DNA of 61,698 bases, counting the filler, from Basidiobolus ranarum (Eukaryota), in NCBI GenBank assembly GCA_040143965.1. It is 21 parts of 21 records of this genome, joined end to end, with 100 filler letters (N's around TTAATTAATTAA, not from the genome) between each part and the next. Parts side by side here need not be neighbours in the genome. Positions count along the whole stretch, not along the records: positions 47,135 to 49,969 come from JASJQH010002935.1; positions 50,070 to 52,903 come from JASJQH010002936.1; positions 53,004 to 55,836 come from JASJQH010002937.1; positions 55,937 to 58,768 come from JASJQH010002938.1; positions 58,869 to 61,698 come from JASJQH010002939.1; 16 more parts are not named here. One strand, written 5' to 3'. Positions 48,590 to 61,698 of the stretch are shown in pieces. The position numbers and the translations under genes were made by a program. A model generated the notes under the pieces. The model was not told the origin of the DNA. It ran no database searches and was given only the letters and a program-made list of their open reading frames with translations. Within the stretch, counting starts at the first letter, position 1. Every line of letters begins with the position of its first letter.

Positions 48590-49900
48590 TTAGCGCTTAG
48601 GTTTCCTGTTTAACCAAACAAACAGGATAAACACTGAAACGTTAAAGATATAGAAGCACCATAGAATCCCGAAATTTCTCCACCTATGATCAATCGTCCA
48701 CTCGAACACCCTCAAGAACTCCGTACCACTGGAATATTGACAGTACTTGCATACATCGGTGGCAGATGGATCCTGTAGGTATCCGGTGGTCTGCTGCAAC
48801 CAATTAGCAGTGTACGCTTCACACGTTTGTCCACTTGGTGGAGTGAATCGAGTGAAATCAGCTTCAGTACATCTTACTTGCATGTTATTGAAAATGGTCG
48901 TGACAAATCCTTCCAAGAAATAATGGTAAGGATCAAGAGGATACATCCACACTCTCCAGAAAGTAACCATGGCCGCTGGTGGTGATAAAAGACCGGCGAA
49001 TAAGAACAAAAATGTGTTGGGAATCGGTGTAACGATAGACGCTTGTGCCATGGTTTGTAACATCGCAGCAATGGCGAGACCGAACGAAATGGAGAACAAT
49101 AAGAAGATGACCAAGAGAAGGTACAGATAAAATCCATCTAATGCTGTAGTCTCCAAACCAGCTGTCCAATAAAGTGGTAAGAAACCAAGTGCACCGGCTA
49201 CACACATATATGGAATTTCTACTAGGATCATTGACACAGCAAATGCAAAGAATCCATAGTATTTCGAGGCATAATCACGACGGAAGAAGGCACGTTGAGC
49301 CATGAATTGTGGTTGAATAGAGAAAATCAAGGTCAATCCCATGACCAAAATTTGGAAGACAATCAAAGAACGTAGTTGTAACTCACTAGGAGTTGGTGAC
49401 AACTTCCAGAATGTAAATCCGTTAAGAAGTCCAATGAAGAAGGCTTGCCAAATACGTCCGATGTTGAAATAAGGATCTCTCCACCAAATTAAGTTGATAC
49501 GTTTGTACACTTCCCATAATTGATATGTAGAGCTGGTAGCGAACTCACGGGCATTGGGATCCTTGACTTCGTTACTAGCATTTGCATTTAAACTCTGTAA
49601 TTCCTTCTTGATTTCAACAGCTTCTGGACTATTTCTCCACACTTCAGTCCAATCTTGTAACGCTTTTCCGGATGTACCAGCACCAATAACTTCTAGGATG
49701 TATTCAGCAGGATTCTCAGACTGATCACAACGACGAGCACCATTGCGTTCAAAGTATTCGTTCATAACCACGGAATTCTCTCCAATATCTCCAAAGTATG
49801 CTACCTTACCACCACGGGCAAGTAACAAAAGTCGATCAAAGTGCTCGAATAAAATGGAGGAGGGTTGATGGATAGTACAGACCAAAGCCATACCAGCATT
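48590..49900 (-). CDS. PDR/ABCG-type ABC transporter, end of NBD2 plus TMD2 (5'-truncated)
   Basis: CTIHQPS, FDRLLLL, NPAEYILEVIGAG, six-TM domain, C..C.Y..G and WRNFGI motifs. Confidence 0.93.
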   Translation of the reverse strand, partial: NAGMALVCTIHQPSSILFEHFDRLLLLARGGKVAYFGDIGENSVVMNEYFERNGARRCDQSENPAEYILEVIGAGTSGKALQDWTEVWRNSPEAVEIKKELQSLNANASNEVKDPNAREFATSSTYQLWEVYKRINLIWWRDPYFNIGRIWQAFFIGLLNGFTFWKLSPTPSELQLRSLIVFQILVMGLTLIFSIQPQFMAQRAFFRRDYASKYYGFFAFAVSMILVEIPYMCVAGALGFLPLYWTAGLETTALDGFYLYLLLVIFLLFSISFGLAIAAMLQTMAQASIVTPIPNTFLFLFAGLLSPPAAMVTFWRVWMYPLDPYHYFLEGFVTTIFNNMQVRCTEADFTRFTPPSGQTCEAYTANWLQQTTGYLQDPSATDVCKYCQYSSGTEFLRVFEWTIDHRWRNFGILWCFYIFNVSVFILFVWLNRKPKR

Positions 49901-50069
49901 TTGGATGTTTTTGGCTGATTGTATGTGCCTCAATTGAGAATCTCTGAGATGTAGACAAAGTGTTGAGAGNNNNNNNNNNNNNNNNNNNNNNNNNNNNNNN
50001 NNNNNNNNNNNNNTTAATTAATTAANNNNNNNNNNNNNNNNNNNNNNNNNNNNNNNNNNNNNNNNNNNN

Positions 50070-50810
50070 TCACTTGCGCTGATGATGAGTGGTTTAACAT
50101 TTTGGAAACTGTGCGGAATCTTGCCCCTTAGGAAGAGTAAAGGCAAGCAAAAAGCCGCACCAACACCACAAAGCACCATCAGTAGTGTCACACTACAAGG
50201 ACATACAAAAATAGTCAAAGTTCTTGAGGAGTATTTTCAAAAGTATGAAGGGAAAAATGCAGTGCAAATATGCAGAAAGTGGCTACAGAAGAAGAACATT
50301 CAACTTGACATTCAGTCTGGTATTGACCATGCAGATATCTGGGAAGAACTTAATACAGAGTGGCACAATATTGCAGGGTATCTGCCAGATAGCTGGAAGA
50401 ATGTCAATTCAGGAATATTAATACAATGGTGGGCTTTGATGGAGATATTGATACAAACTCATGTTGGGTATGAGCTAAATATTGGGTATGAAGAACTCTA
50501 TAAAAATATTCAGGAGAATATATCATAGCGACTAGGGATTTTGAAGGTGACAAATTAGCATTCAAGTGGTAATTGTGTAGAGTTTGAGTTGTGTTTTTTG
50601 CAAATGTGTTGATCCATAGTTCTCTGAGGTTGTAGCCAATCACGCGCAACTATTTTGAGAGATCTTGAAATTCCACTCCTGAAACTGAATAAATTGATTA
50701 AAATCAAATCTAACTTGACAATTTTACAGTGGTAAGTAAATGGTCAATCCCAAATGGATTAAAATTGTGACGGTTTTTCTATGATAACAATCCTCAAATT
50801 TCTGTTAGGG
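50070..50810 (+). mobile_element. Repeated unknown ORF C-terminus plus GTTAGGG element end
   Basis: The ORF to 50528 is the frameshift-free version of 18045-18436; terminus TTTCTGTTAGGG. Confidence 0.78.
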
Positions 50811-51022
50811 AGTAAAAAAGTAAATCAATTGTTTGAGATATACAGGAGTTTGTGTAATAAAATATAATAGATAAGTGGGGGTAATAAGACATACTTGTTA
50901 TATAGATATAGAGATATCACTATTTAGAATATAGGGGCTATAGATTTGTTGCTTTCTGTTTCTGATGTATGTATCATAACTAAAGTTAGCTATGATGTTG
51001 AATTAAGATTAATTATCCAACA
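50811..51022. mobile_element. LTR family D, partial
   Basis: Ends TTATCCAACA; copies at 58869-59021 and 59394-59636. Confidence 0.8.
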
Positions 51023-52903
51023 GGGTTTTGTGTATGAAAAACAAGCCAGGCAACCAATCAAGAGCCCTGGTTTAATCATATCTGTCAAAAAATTGGATCT
51101 AATTCATTCAGATTTGTGTGTACCTATGCAAAATTTGTCTTTAGGCAGAAAAAGATATTTAATCACATTTAGTGATGATTGTGCAAGATGCACTTGCATC
51201 TGCTTCATAGAGAGAAAAGAGGAAGCTCTCTCTATCTGTAGAGGCTTTAAAACACGTGTGGAGACTGAAACTAGTACTAAAATCAAGAAAATACAGACTG
51301 TTAATGGTGGAGAATGTACTTCAACACTGTTTAAGCACTTTTGCAAAGTTCATGGAATTAAGTAAGAAACTACTGCCCCATATTCACCTCAACAAAATGG
51401 AGTTGCTGAAAGAGCTAACAGGACTATATAGAAATGGCAAGATCTATGATGAATGCACAAAATTTATCTCATAACTTTTGGGCAGAATCTGTTGCTACAG
51501 CTGTCTATCTGAAGAATAGGAGTTTTACTAGAAGTCTGTCTTACTCTACACTGTATCAAGCTTGGTTTGGAGTTAAACCTGTTGTAAAACATTTGAGGAT
51601 CTTTGGATATGTTGCTTACATCAAAAATATGACCCAAAATTGGTCAAAAATTGATCCAAAAAGTATGAAATGCATATTTCTGGGTTATTGTACTGAAACT
51701 AAGGCCTACAAACTCTATGATACCAAAGTTGCCAAGTTAATCAAGTCCAGGGATGTTTTTTTTTAATGAAAATTAAAAAAATTCACATAAAATGACCTGA
51801 GATGATGTTGGAAATCAATTTTCTCCTGATCCAATCAGTCAAACTGATTCAAACCAAAACAATGAAGAAAATAGCATTCCTGTGAACTCTTCAACCAAAA
51901 CTTTGCCTACTGAAGTGCCAATACAATGCCAGAAGTTGTAGTACCTTTATCCCAAACCGGGAGATCAAATTGGTTCAGAAATAGCTCTGATTACTATATC
52001 AATGAGTCCCAAAATTGGGCCTATGCCTGCACCTCTCAAATACACAAACCTCAGACTGTAAGGGAGGCCCTGTATAGCTCTCACACAAAGTTTTGGAGAT
52101 CTGCAATGGCTGATGAGCACCAGGCTTTGATTGATAATCAAACTTGGATTTTGACCAGCGTACATGATGGTAGAAAATCAATTGGCTGCCAATAGGTGTT
52201 TAAAGTTAAACACAACTCTGATAGCAATATAGAAAGATACAAGGCTAGACCAGGAGCCAAATGCTATTCCCAAACATCAGGAATAGATTATATAGAAACT
52301 TTTGCTCTTGTCACAAAGTTTAATTCAATTAGATTGATTTTAGCAATTTCAGTTAAATATTAGCTTATTATACATCAAATGGACTTTAAAACTGCCTTTT
52401 TGAATGGTAAGCTTGCTGAGGAGATCTATATGGACCAGCCAGACAGATTTGTGAACCCAGAAAACCCTAAGAAAGTTTGCAGGCTCCAGAAAACACTCTT
52501 GGGCTTAAAACAATCTCCAAGAGCTTGGAATAGCATGATAGATGCTTTTTTGGAAACACTCAAATTTCAAAAGAGTAATTTTGACTATAGTATCTACTTC
52601 AGGCCAGATAAGAGACACCCAGTTTTATTAGCCTTATATGTGGATGATCTTATTATAGCAACCAAAAAGAGATATTGAAGGCAGGAGATTTACAACAGGA
52701 TACTTATTTCTTTGCTGTAAAGGAGCTATTTCTTGGAATTCAAAGAAACAACCTACTGTAGCACTTTCAACAACAGAAGCTGAATATATGCATGCCTGTG
52801 AAGCAACAAATGAAGCAATATGGTTAAGAAGACTCTTAACAGATTTGGGTTATTCACAAAATTTACCAACTACAATATTTCAAGATAATCAAAGTTGTAT
52901 CAT
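51023..52903 (+). mobile_element. Ty1/copia integrase-RT-RNase H, degenerate with internal deletion
   Basis: [51 protein letters not shown]; integrase-before-RT order. Confidence 0.94.
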
Positions 52904-53003
52904 NNNNNNNNNNNNNNNNNNNNNNNNNNNNNNNNNNNNNNNNNNNNTTAATTAATTAANNNNNNNNNNNNNNNNNNNNNNNNNNNNNNNNNNNNNNNNN
53001 NNN

Positions 53004-53182
53004 GAAGACACCTACCAAACAAGTTCTGCTGCCAACAAGATGTTTTTAAGAAGACAATTCTTTAACTTAAAGATGAAGGCAGGAGAAGACATTAAATAAC
53101 TAATTAATACAGTCACTATTTAAGTGGATGAAATGGAATGCATTGGAGTACATACTACTGATCAAGATACCATAGTTACAGT
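53004..53182 (+). mobile_element. Copia gag fragment (same gag as 22674)
   Basis: Aligns with about 22956-23135; cut by a CACTA-type terminus. Confidence 0.85.
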
Positions 53183-55730
53183 CCCGTAACAAAGATAAAA
53201 TCAATTTGATCCGGATTGGATCCACTCTTCTAAAGCACAAAACCATCAGAGAACCATCACAATATTTGTGGCTTGCTTTCTGCTAGGGATTTTAATGGTG
53301 TGATGGTGGTCTCTTGACAGTATTTTGACAGTATTCATACATCTTAAAATATTGATCCTCACATTGGGCATCCCTAACGAAAAAAAATCAATTTGATCTG
53401 GATTGGATCCACCCTCCAAAATAGCAAAGCCATCAGAGAACCATTACAATATTGGTGGCTTGCATTCTGCCAGGGATTTTGATGGTGTGATGGTGGTTTC
53501 TTGATGGTATTTTGATGGTATTCATACATGTTAAAACATTGATCCTCAAATTTGGCATGCATTATTGAATATCCTGCAATTTTTGAAAAAAATAATTTTT
53601 GAATGCCAAAATACTGGGTATACTGCTGTAGGCATTTGATTTAATATGCATGCTTTTACTTAGATATTTTAGGCTTTGTATTCCAGCCATTATGAGAATC
53701 AAAAAACACAAGAATCTTGTTGTGTTTAGTCTCTACATATGCACATACTTGACTGATTAGACATAACTCAACAACATCAAATTGCTTTACCAGCAAACTA
53801 AAGGTGTAAAATTGCTAAATATCTGAAATTTTGAATAGCACTAACACTTGGCAAATAGCTGACCATTGTTACCATTCACAATGACAATAAGCTCCTGGAT
53901 GTTTGCAAATATCCGTCAAGAATTCAGCCAATATATCCCCAACTTGCAGTCAATGAATGTTCTGCCACAAGTAGATGTGTCATTGCTTGAATAGATTACC
54001 CCATGGCCAAAACAATAATACTGCATATCTTGAACTCTCTCACAAAGTCTATCTTGCAGCTTTCTTAAATATTTTGTCAGATTATCACACAAGCAAATTA
54101 GTCTAATTATAGAGGTACTTATTCTGTGTCCATGGGTTGGGCTTTGTTGCTGTTATTGTGTTCAAAGAATGCAAAAACCCATGAGCATGTTGGAAAGAGC
54201 CTTTTGTTAGCAGGTTAATATACTCTGCAGTTTCCTTAACCCATTGCATTACATCCATCGCTGATTTTGATGATACATTGTTAATCAGATTAGCATATGG
54301 TAATACTGACAATTTTATATGGAGCATCATTTCACTGCAGGTGCACTCCATTGGGAACTCCCAGAATGTATTGCAAGGGCCTATAATCTCTAAGCATTGT
54401 GAAAGATGCAGCAGAAAATGTATTGAATACCAGGGTAAATTCAGTTGATCCTCTTTAAACCTGTAATAAAGTTTTTTGTATCCAATTACAAAATCTTTGC
54501 ACAATCACTGTATCTGCCTGAGATCTGCCAATGCAAGTTGATGCCATAAGAATATATTAACAATATTGACAAATAACTCCCAATGTTGCCAATGCTTATA
54601 AGGCAGAAATCTTTTCAGAATTCCACTTGAATATATGTATGTATATAAATATTTGAATAAATGTCTATATGAGTGGATATTAATGGCAGTCCTGGTAAAA
54701 TTTGATGGTATCTTGATGTTATCAAGCATTTTCCCAATCAATTCAAACTTTGATCCTTTCTTGAATGGCTCATTGATATTGAATATTCCACTATACAGCT
54801 GAGTAAGCAGTATTTGAATGCTGTTGGATAGTGAGTGCATAGTGCCTAATGGGAATCTCTGGGTCTAGCTAATCCCCTTCAGCAATATAATCTTAGGCTT
54901 ATGGCTAATATCAAGTTTGATGCTAGACTGACTATTTGGTGAACTGATATCAGTGATTATATTGAAATCTGACTGGGTTCTTGATGGTAAATTCATGAAG
55001 TTCAATGTTGTATTTGTAAGTAGTAATGCATATGCCTGTTAGAGTAAACTCCATTGATTTGACAAAATCTACAGCAAGATAGTATATTGTGCCCACAAAA
55101 ACCTCCGTGTTTACTGATGGCAGGAGTGTCACCAATACATACAATGCTATTAGCTTTAATTATATATTCCCCCTTTGGAACCCCATTGGATATGCATTCA
55201 AATTCCACAATCAAAGGCTTCAGCAAGCTATCTATAAGCACTGGTGATTTAGGTCCAGATATGAATGATAGTATCAAAATATCTTGACTCTTATACTGAC
55301 CAGAAGGAGGAAGATTTAAGTTGATTAACATCATTGGCCAGCAAGCCTTTCCAGCAGTTTATTTGTTTAGTGACAAACCATCCAGAGCCAATGCAAATGC
55401 ATGATCCTATGTGTTCTCAAAGAAACTTGACTCTTCAGATTCTGGTAGTGGTATCCATCAAGTATATCATAACACCATCAGCTTTATGGTGAGTACTTTG
55501 GTATTGGATCAATGATCTATATTTGGGTGATTTTGTCAAAACTTTAAGATGGGTAATCAATGTAAGCCAAATATGAACAATATTTACCTGATTTAGTGAT
55601 TGTCAATTGTGCGCAAACAGTACATGACTTCAGGTTTTTGATATCCCTGGTGAATGCCAAACAACCATTTGGACATGAAGGTAGTTTAATTACTGAACAA
55701 TTATAAGTCATATGATTGACAAGTGTTTTC
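53183..55730 (-). mobile_element. CACTA-type element: duplicated terminus (53183-53371, again from 53372) and most of the transposase
   Basis: CCC(G)TAAC...GGATTGGATCCAC termini; INLNLPP, GPKSP, GDTPA..GFCGHN..CCRFC and GPCNTFWEFPME motifs. Confidence 0.88.
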
Positions 55731-55836
55731 TGTTGAAGTTTATAGTCTTTAGCATATTTGTTATCTTTATCTTTATATACCTAACTATTTCATATATCAC
55801 ATATAAGTTAGTTAACATTACTTAGTCAAATATCAC
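55731..55836 (+). mobile_element. Family A LTR start, inserted in the transposase
   Basis: Matches 1480-1585. Confidence 0.85.
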
Positions 55837-55936
55837 NNNNNNNNNNNNNNNNNNNNNNNNNNNNNNNNNNNNNNNNNNNNTTAATTAATTAANNNNNNNN
55901 NNNNNNNNNNNNNNNNNNNNNNNNNNNNNNNNNNNN

Positions 55937-58768
55937 GTGCTACAGTGGGTTGTTTCTTGCTATTCCAAGATATGGCTGCTTCACTATAGAGAAAGGTATA
56001 TCCAGTGATAGATCTTCTGTCCTCAATATCACATCCCCAATCTGCATAACCAAGCCCAATTAGATCCTTATTTGCATTGGAGTATGTGTATCTTAATCCC
56101 AGATAAATTGTCCTCTTCAAATATCTGAAAATCCACTCAACTGCTGCATAATGCTCAGATCCTGGGTTTTGCACATGTTGGCTGACTACTCCCACTGCAA
56201 AAGAGATATCTGGCCATGTTCTAGTCATAGCATAGATCAAACTACCTGCTATAGATTGATAGGGGAACTTGGGCCTTGCAAATGACATATTTTAAGCCAT
56301 ATTTGGCCAATTTTCATTTTTTTGATGGGCTTTTGACTAGTTGCACACCTGAATCCATGGGAGTTACTACTGGCTTACAATTCACCATCCTGTAACATCT
56401 GAGAATGTCAGAGATGTATTTAGATTGATGCAGAGTAATTGTTTCGCTCAATATATCTGTATGGATCTGCAGACCAAAAAAATATGTAAGTTCACCAAAA
56501 TTGGTCATCTAGAATTAGACTGATAGATCACTTTTGGCATTCCTGAGAGCTTCATCATTATTAGTAGCTGTAATCAGATCATCTACATACAAGGCAAGTA
56601 TTACCTTACTGTCCTTATATGTCTTAAAGTAGATCCCAAAATCTGCCATACCCTTTTGGAAATCAAGTGATTCCAATTATGTGTCTATCTTAGTGTAACA
56701 GGCCTTAGATGCTTGTTTAAGTCCATAAAGTGATTTTTAAAGTGTACACACATCCTCATGGTGCTCAGGATTGACAAAACCATCTGGTTGATCCATGAAT
56801 ATATGCTCTTCCAAGTCCCCATTGAAAAAAAGTAGTTTTAACATCCATTTGATGAATTTTTAAGCTGTGTTTTGCTGCTACTGCTAGAATGTTTCTGACA
56901 GAATTAAACTTTGCTACAGGAGCAAATGTTTCATCATAGTTTACTCCTCCCATTTAAGAGCATCCTTTAGCCACAAGTCTGTCTTTACATCTCCCTACAG
57001 ATCCATCAGCTTGCTGTTTGACTTTAAACACCCATTTGCATCCAATTGATTATTGGTCATCAGGTAACTTGACCAAAGTCCAAGTCAGGTTATCTATGAG
57101 TGACTGATACTCATCTGCCATTGCAGCTCTCCATAGCCTCCTGTACTGATTTGGGTTCACCAGAAAAGGCTAAATTAGCAATAGGCTCCTTTTGGCTAAT
57201 GTGGGAGTAGTAAGCAGGCAAAGATCTCATTCAATTGGATCTCCTAAGATGGGAAATTGGCACTACTACTTCTGGTACAGATTTAGGCAATGAAACCACC
57301 TCAGGCTTGGTTGAGGAGACTGCAGGTGAGGAATTTTCAATGTTTTTCTCACTGATCAGGATCTGGTGACAAAAAGAAGAATTTTCATCAATTTTTGGTT
57401 GTTTTTCTTGATCCTGGATTGTTTTGATTGAAAATTTTTCTTCTTCAGCAAATTCTGCATCCCTGGATTTGATTAGCTTCTTATTTTCAGTGTCATACAG
57501 TCTGTAACCTTTTGTCCCATCACAATATCCCAAAAAAATACATTTCTGGCTTTTTTGGTCCAATTTTGATCTCTTCTGGTCTGGAAAGATTGCATATGTT
57601 GTACTTCCAAAAACTCTGAGATTAGCCACATCAGGTTCACTTCCAAACCAAGCTTTATAAGGTGTCATAGCCAATAAAGACCTAGAAGGACATCTATTCC
57701 TAATATAAACTGCAGTTTCAACTAATTCAGCACAGAACTGTTTTGGTCAATTTTGATCATCATGCATTGATCTTGCATTTTCTATTATTGATCTGTTTGC
57801 ACATTCTGCTACTCCATTCTGCTGTGGAGAATATGGCACTGTAGTCTGCTGTTTTATCCCGTGTGTTGAGCAGAAGTCAGAGAAGAGTTTGGAGGAATAT
57901 TCCACTCCATTATCAGTATGGATAATCTTAATATTTAGACCTGTTTTGGTCTCCACCATTGCTTTGAACTTCTTGAAGGTATCAAAGGCTTCATCTTACA
58001 GGCCGGAAAGTACACCTCAGTATACCTTGTCTTATCATCAATAAAGGTCATATAATACCTTTTTCTACCCAAGGATTATGTCTGCATTGGGCCACACAGA
58101 TCTGAGTGTATCAGGCCCAATTTTTGATCAATTTTGCTCATTCCAGTGTCCACAAATGGCTGTCTGTGTTGCCTACCATATAGGCAACCTTCACATAGCT
58201 CCAGACCTGGTGGATTACAAAATTTAGTCTCATAATCATCTTGTGTTTGACTAAATTTCTCATATTTTCAGCTCCTAGATGACCCAATCTCCTATGCCAG
58301 ATTCTCCCATCTATCTCTTCAGCTGTGGCAGTATTTACTTGTTCCTATATTGGCCTAATATAAAGAGGTTTATACAAGTTATTTAGCTTTGCTCCAGAAG
58401 CTACATAATTCCCTTTTTGATCCGTGATAGTACAGCCATTTTGATCAAAATTCAAGCCATATCTCTCCAATGTAGCTTTACTCACTGATAACAAATTTTT
58501 TGGTATCCCAGGCACATATAGTATGTTTTTCAGTGTCAAATGCATGCCCCCAGAGATTCCCCCAAGATCTACTTCAATCTCTCCCACTCCCAGAGCTTCT
58601 GGTGGCTGGTCATCTCCCATATAAGCCTTCTTATTTAGGTCAGTTTTGTGTGTCTTAAACCAGTTTTTTTTATTAGAGAAATGTTGAGAGGCTCCAGAAT
58701 TAATATAACACAACCTAGAGTCTTGTTCAGAGGTCACTGATAGGGCAGAAATGCTTAAAACTTCCTCT
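55937..58768 (-). mobile_element. Ty1/copia pol (protease-integrase-RT-RNase H), family A, degenerate
   Basis: The protease region matches 2667-2855; PQQNGVAE, LRVFGS, ETFAPVAK, QMDVKT, YVDDL, ADWG and SKKQPTVA motifs. Confidence 0.94.
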
Positions 58769-58868
58769 NNNNNNNNNNNNNNNNNNNNNNNNNNNNNNNN
58801 NNNNNNNNNNNNTTAATTAATTAANNNNNNNNNNNNNNNNNNNNNNNNNNNNNNNNNNNNNNNNNNNN

Positions 58869-59636
58869 GATAAGTGGGGGTAATAAGACATACTTGTTAT
58901 ATAGATATAGAGATATTCCTATTTAGAATATAGGGGCTATAGATAAGTTGCTTTCTGTTTCTGATATATGTATCATAACAAAAGTTAACTATGATGTTGA
59001 ATAAAGATTAATTATCCAACATCTAACTACTTAGTTGAGGGAGAGTGTTGAAATTAGCATTACCTAAACACCTATATAGTCATATATAGCTTAGTACCTA
59101 GTTATCTTATATTTCACTAAGATATAATCCATTATTCTCATAAGGAATTTATTTGGAATATTCTTACCAACTTAGAAGTTCTCAGAAATATAGATTTTGA
59201 TAACTTGTGCTAGAAGCCCCAAACATTGCACACATGTTCCTGGGACCTTCCTGAGTGCATTCTACATGTTATTTTGCTTACATCTTGACAAAACTATAAA
59301 TGTCAACTTTCTACTCAATGAATCAACAAGTGAAAACCACCAATCTCTCTAATTCTCCAAACCACTTCCAACAGGCTCCCAAATACTTTTACAACCTTAC
59401 TCCTAAGAGAACATGGAGACTTATACAGTAGAGAAGTAAATTAATTGTTTGAGATATTCAGGAGATTGTGTAACAAGATATAATGGATAAGTGGGATTAA
59501 TAAGACACACTTGTTATATAGATAGAGATATTCCAGTTCAGAATATAGGGGCTATAGATACATTGCTTTCTATTTCTGCTATATGTATCATAACTGAGGT
59601 TAACTAAGATGTTGAATAAAGATTAATTATCCAACA
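58869..59636. mobile_element. Nested LTR cluster: family D (58869-59021), PPT plus family B 3' LTR (59046-59393), family D (59394-59636)
   Basis: Homology to the other copies; TG...CA ends. Confidence 0.85.
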
Positions 59637-60559
59637 AGTATACATTTATAGTTTTTTCAAGACGTAATCAAACTAATGTGTAGTTGTTTACAATAGGGGA
59701 AATAGCTTACTTTTCCAGTTTCAAAATTTTCACTACCATATGTGTCAATGGTAGAAGTGAAATGTGATGATCAATGTTTTTTTTTTCTTCAAAGATGTTT
59801 TTTAGCATACTAGCATATTGCAAATACTTCAATGAATATGTGATAGTAGATGACTATGATATCTTTGTTTTTAGTATTAGTGTGGAGAGTGCACAGAAAT
59901 ACTTTAGGAGTTTTGACTTCTCTCACCATTAAGATTCAAGAAATTTTTTGACAATAAATTCGATATAGATGTTGATTCGATTATTTTTAAGGATTAAATT
60001 AGGCATAGACAACGTAGTTCTGGAATATTGAATACATCTTGGCCACAGTTTGTCCGAGTTAATATTGGGGCACTAAATCAGTATTCTTCATTTCCCATTG
60101 GTGGAGAGAACACCAATTCCATCTAACGAAATTCCGTAGTTCTAGAAATTTCTTTGAAATTAAGATATAAAAGAAACACTCATGACATCTATCACACTAA
60201 ACATATTTCCGTTCAATTAGCAAGGCTGTCTAAATATATAATGGGTGACTTTCTTGTTACTAAACGGAATAGAGATAATGGGATATCAAATGCACATTGG
60301 AATTACACATGAATATTATGTAAATCCATCCACATTTGTTCCCACATTTATATATTTATATACATTATTCGATATAATTCAACCTCTTCATCGAGTTGGC
60401 TTTCTTTTAAACTCATGTCGCAATATTCTCCCTTCCCGACAAACAGTGAAGACTCGTTTGTTCGTGAGTCAAAATGTCACCAGAGTACAACAAACAAGGT
60501 TATATCTATGTTCTGATATGATGACTATTCTTGTGGTGGGTACTCACGGTATTCTTTTA

Positions 60560-61137
60560 TAGTCTACAGAGGAACAACCTTGGCAAGAATTCTATAATCA
60601 AGACACCTCGAAAGGAATCCAATGGAAACTTGAGAGTGATCAAGAGAAACATATTAAAAGATTAGGTATTTGGTTGGAAAACTCCTAGTATAGCTTGAGT
60701 AAAGTGTTCCTTCTGATATCTTATCTGAGATCATAATATCTAGAAATACTACACGCAAGAGCAAAAAACTCTCCCAAGACCGCCAATTTCGAGTCAGGTA
60801 AGAGAGGCCCTTGCGTCTTAACTCACTTCCTCACTTGAACTAAAACTCGTCGTATATAGAGGAGGAAGACGAGGCATCTTATGTTTCTCAAAACTCTACT
60901 GAAGATGCTTCACCTGATGCAAATGAGGTTGTTGCTGTTGACGAAGGTTTATGGTTATTATGGAAGCAGAAACAACCACAATACCCACCATCCGAGGATG
61001 AACCAACCAACATTAAGAGTGCTCTTATTTCACCAGTAAACGTGGAACCAACTCCTATTTATAAAACTGAGGGACAATTCTTGAGCTGGATCGATAGAAT
61101 TGGCCTCGCGTGCTGTTTTGGCAGTTATTCCGAATAA
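60560..61137 (+). CDS. Possible 3' exons of an unknown gene ending ...WIDRIGLACCFGSYSE
   Basis: Open acidic frame about 60845-61137, CpG-normal composition, GTAAGA donor near 60798. Gene structure unresolved. Confidence 0.3.
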
Positions 61138-61416
61138 TCCCATTGAAATATGGCAATAAAGATTAACATGGTCTGTGAAGCATTAACTGAGAATAATAAT
61201 GAAGCCAAGGAATAGTAAATGAGCCAATGATTTTATCAGAATTGTTTAATACCATTTGTAGATATTGAAAATACAAAACTACATCGCAACACCAATGATT
61301 CTTGATTTTAGGTTTCAAACGTTATATATTTATGATGTGAGTGTAAACTGGAATGAAAATGACGAATGGTATGATTGAAATGGGTGCAGATAGTGTAAAG
61401 ACAGCAGAGATCAAAT

Positions 61417-61698
<282 letters not shown>

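Overview
This window is not one locus. It is 21 short, unrelated eukaryotic contigs (2855 down to 2830 bp, sorted by length) joined by artificial 100-bp N/TTAATTAATTAA/N linkers, so no synteny can be read across linkers. The content points to a repeat-rich fungal genome, probably an early-diverging lineage (inference from short GT-AG introns and gene content). Well over half of the sequence is degenerate, nested, strongly CpG-depleted transposons: several Ty1/copia LTR families with half-tRNA-iMet primer sites, and a CACTA/EnSpm-type DNA transposon. Interspersed host genes are a frameshifted P5 ATPase, tRNA-Arg(TCG), an orphan secreted Cys-rich protein, a PH-domain protein, a small membrane protein, an F-box/RCC1 protein, AP-1 sigma, a Kre9/Knh1-like secreted protein, Pcc1, an SDR, the C-terminus of a PDR-type ABC transporter and the C-terminus of ATP synthase beta. 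The most notable signal is a 282-bp LTR that carries a complete tRNA-like Pol III cassette. It occurs once as a solo LTR with a 5-bp target-site duplication (TSD) and once as the 5' LTR of a gag-coding copia element, whose close relative in this window uses an unrelated, tRNA-free LTR. Second is a reconstructable two-gene, divergently transcribed CACTA-like element with CCCTAAC termini.
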